Assembly: GCA_043228905.1 (NCBI GenBank)
Contig: JBHGNT010000014.1
Location: forward strand, 19,282,001 to 19,346,000
From: Azolla caroliniana
Lineage: Eukaryota; Plantae; Polypodiophyta
DNA length: 64,000 nucleotides
Direction: 5' to 3'
The notes beneath the pieces were generated by a model, which saw only the letters and a program-made list of their open reading frames with translations, searched no databases and had not been told where the DNA came from. A program made the translations under genes and the position numbers. Positions 63,801-64,000 of this stretch are shown here, piece by piece. Within the stretch, counting starts at the first letter, position 1; every line of letters starts with the position of its first letter.

Positions 63801-64000
63801 CTCCTGATGAACTTTCTGGTGCAGTCTCATGCAGTCATCGTACAAGTCGGCTCGTACATGCTTCAGCTTGACCTTGCCTTTGACTCTAGGCACTGTATAT
63901 ACTGTCATCCAGTCTATATCACTGATCAATTTATCACTTAGGACAGCAGGGTCAACACCCTCGAGTGACAGACCATAGGTGTTGTGGAAGTCCTCCTTTG
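60890..64000 (-). CDS. Multi-exon cargo gene with a coiled-coil-like region and RING-H2-like finger; exons >64000-63372, 63293-63150, 63065-62732, 61425-60890 (5' end outside the window)
   Basis: Three GT-AG introns with matching phases (0,0,1) give one open frame. It contains CIAC-x16-C-x-H-x2-H-x2-C-x10-C-x3-C and ends in a basic tail (RKRLKK...RPVTRSR). Confidence 0.8.
61450..62720. repeat. Second intronic TAGCTAATTAGCTA array with higher-order structure
   Basis: Fills intron 62731-61426; the marker caactatggtactagc recurs at 61988, 62212, 62396 and 62581. Confidence 0.95.

Larger units (their letters stand above)
53825..64000 (+). mobile_element. Large Sola2-like DDD DNA transposon (left end and interior; right end outside the window)
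   Basis: Sharp junction ACTA|GGGGTGAAAG inside copia H, followed by subterminal repeats and an intact transposase. The shared TAGCTAATTAGCTA motif runs from 53870 to about 62720, and copia H never resumes. The Sola2 call rests on remembered motifs and the GRG terminus. Confidence 0.7.

Noticed and set aside
63372-64000. Plant-mobile-domain or other transposon ORF identity for the N-terminal cargo exon
   Set aside because: The resemblance is too vague to name without a profile search.

Overview
Land-plant nuclear DNA; the gypsy type suggests a fern or other non-seed plant (inference only). Bases 1-4.4 kb hold two convergent host genes: the last exon of a GRF/CCHC zinc-finger gene (probably TOP3A) and a three-exon BolA2. 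Bases 6.2-53.8 kb are a deeply nested stack of LTR retrotransposons that can be largely resolved by LTRs, PBS/PPT and TSDs: seven copia elements, three gypsy elements of one lineage, four solo LTRs and a hAT-type MITE. From 53,825 to the window end lies the most interesting object, an apparently intact DNA transposon of more than 10 kb. It encodes a spliced 863-aa DDD transposase (Sola2-like, assignment from remembered motifs) and convergent cargo ORFs with a RING-H2-like finger and an FCP1/NIF-like phosphatase fold. Its two large introns are filled with arrays of a 14-bp palindrome (TAGCTAATTAGCTA) that has stop codons in all six frames. The gypsy lineage also has unusual traits: 4-bp NCGT target sites, a tRNA-Trp PBS, a -1 frameshift after the protease, and a tRNA-like segment in the LTR. 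All coordinates and splice sites were read by eye; no searches were run.
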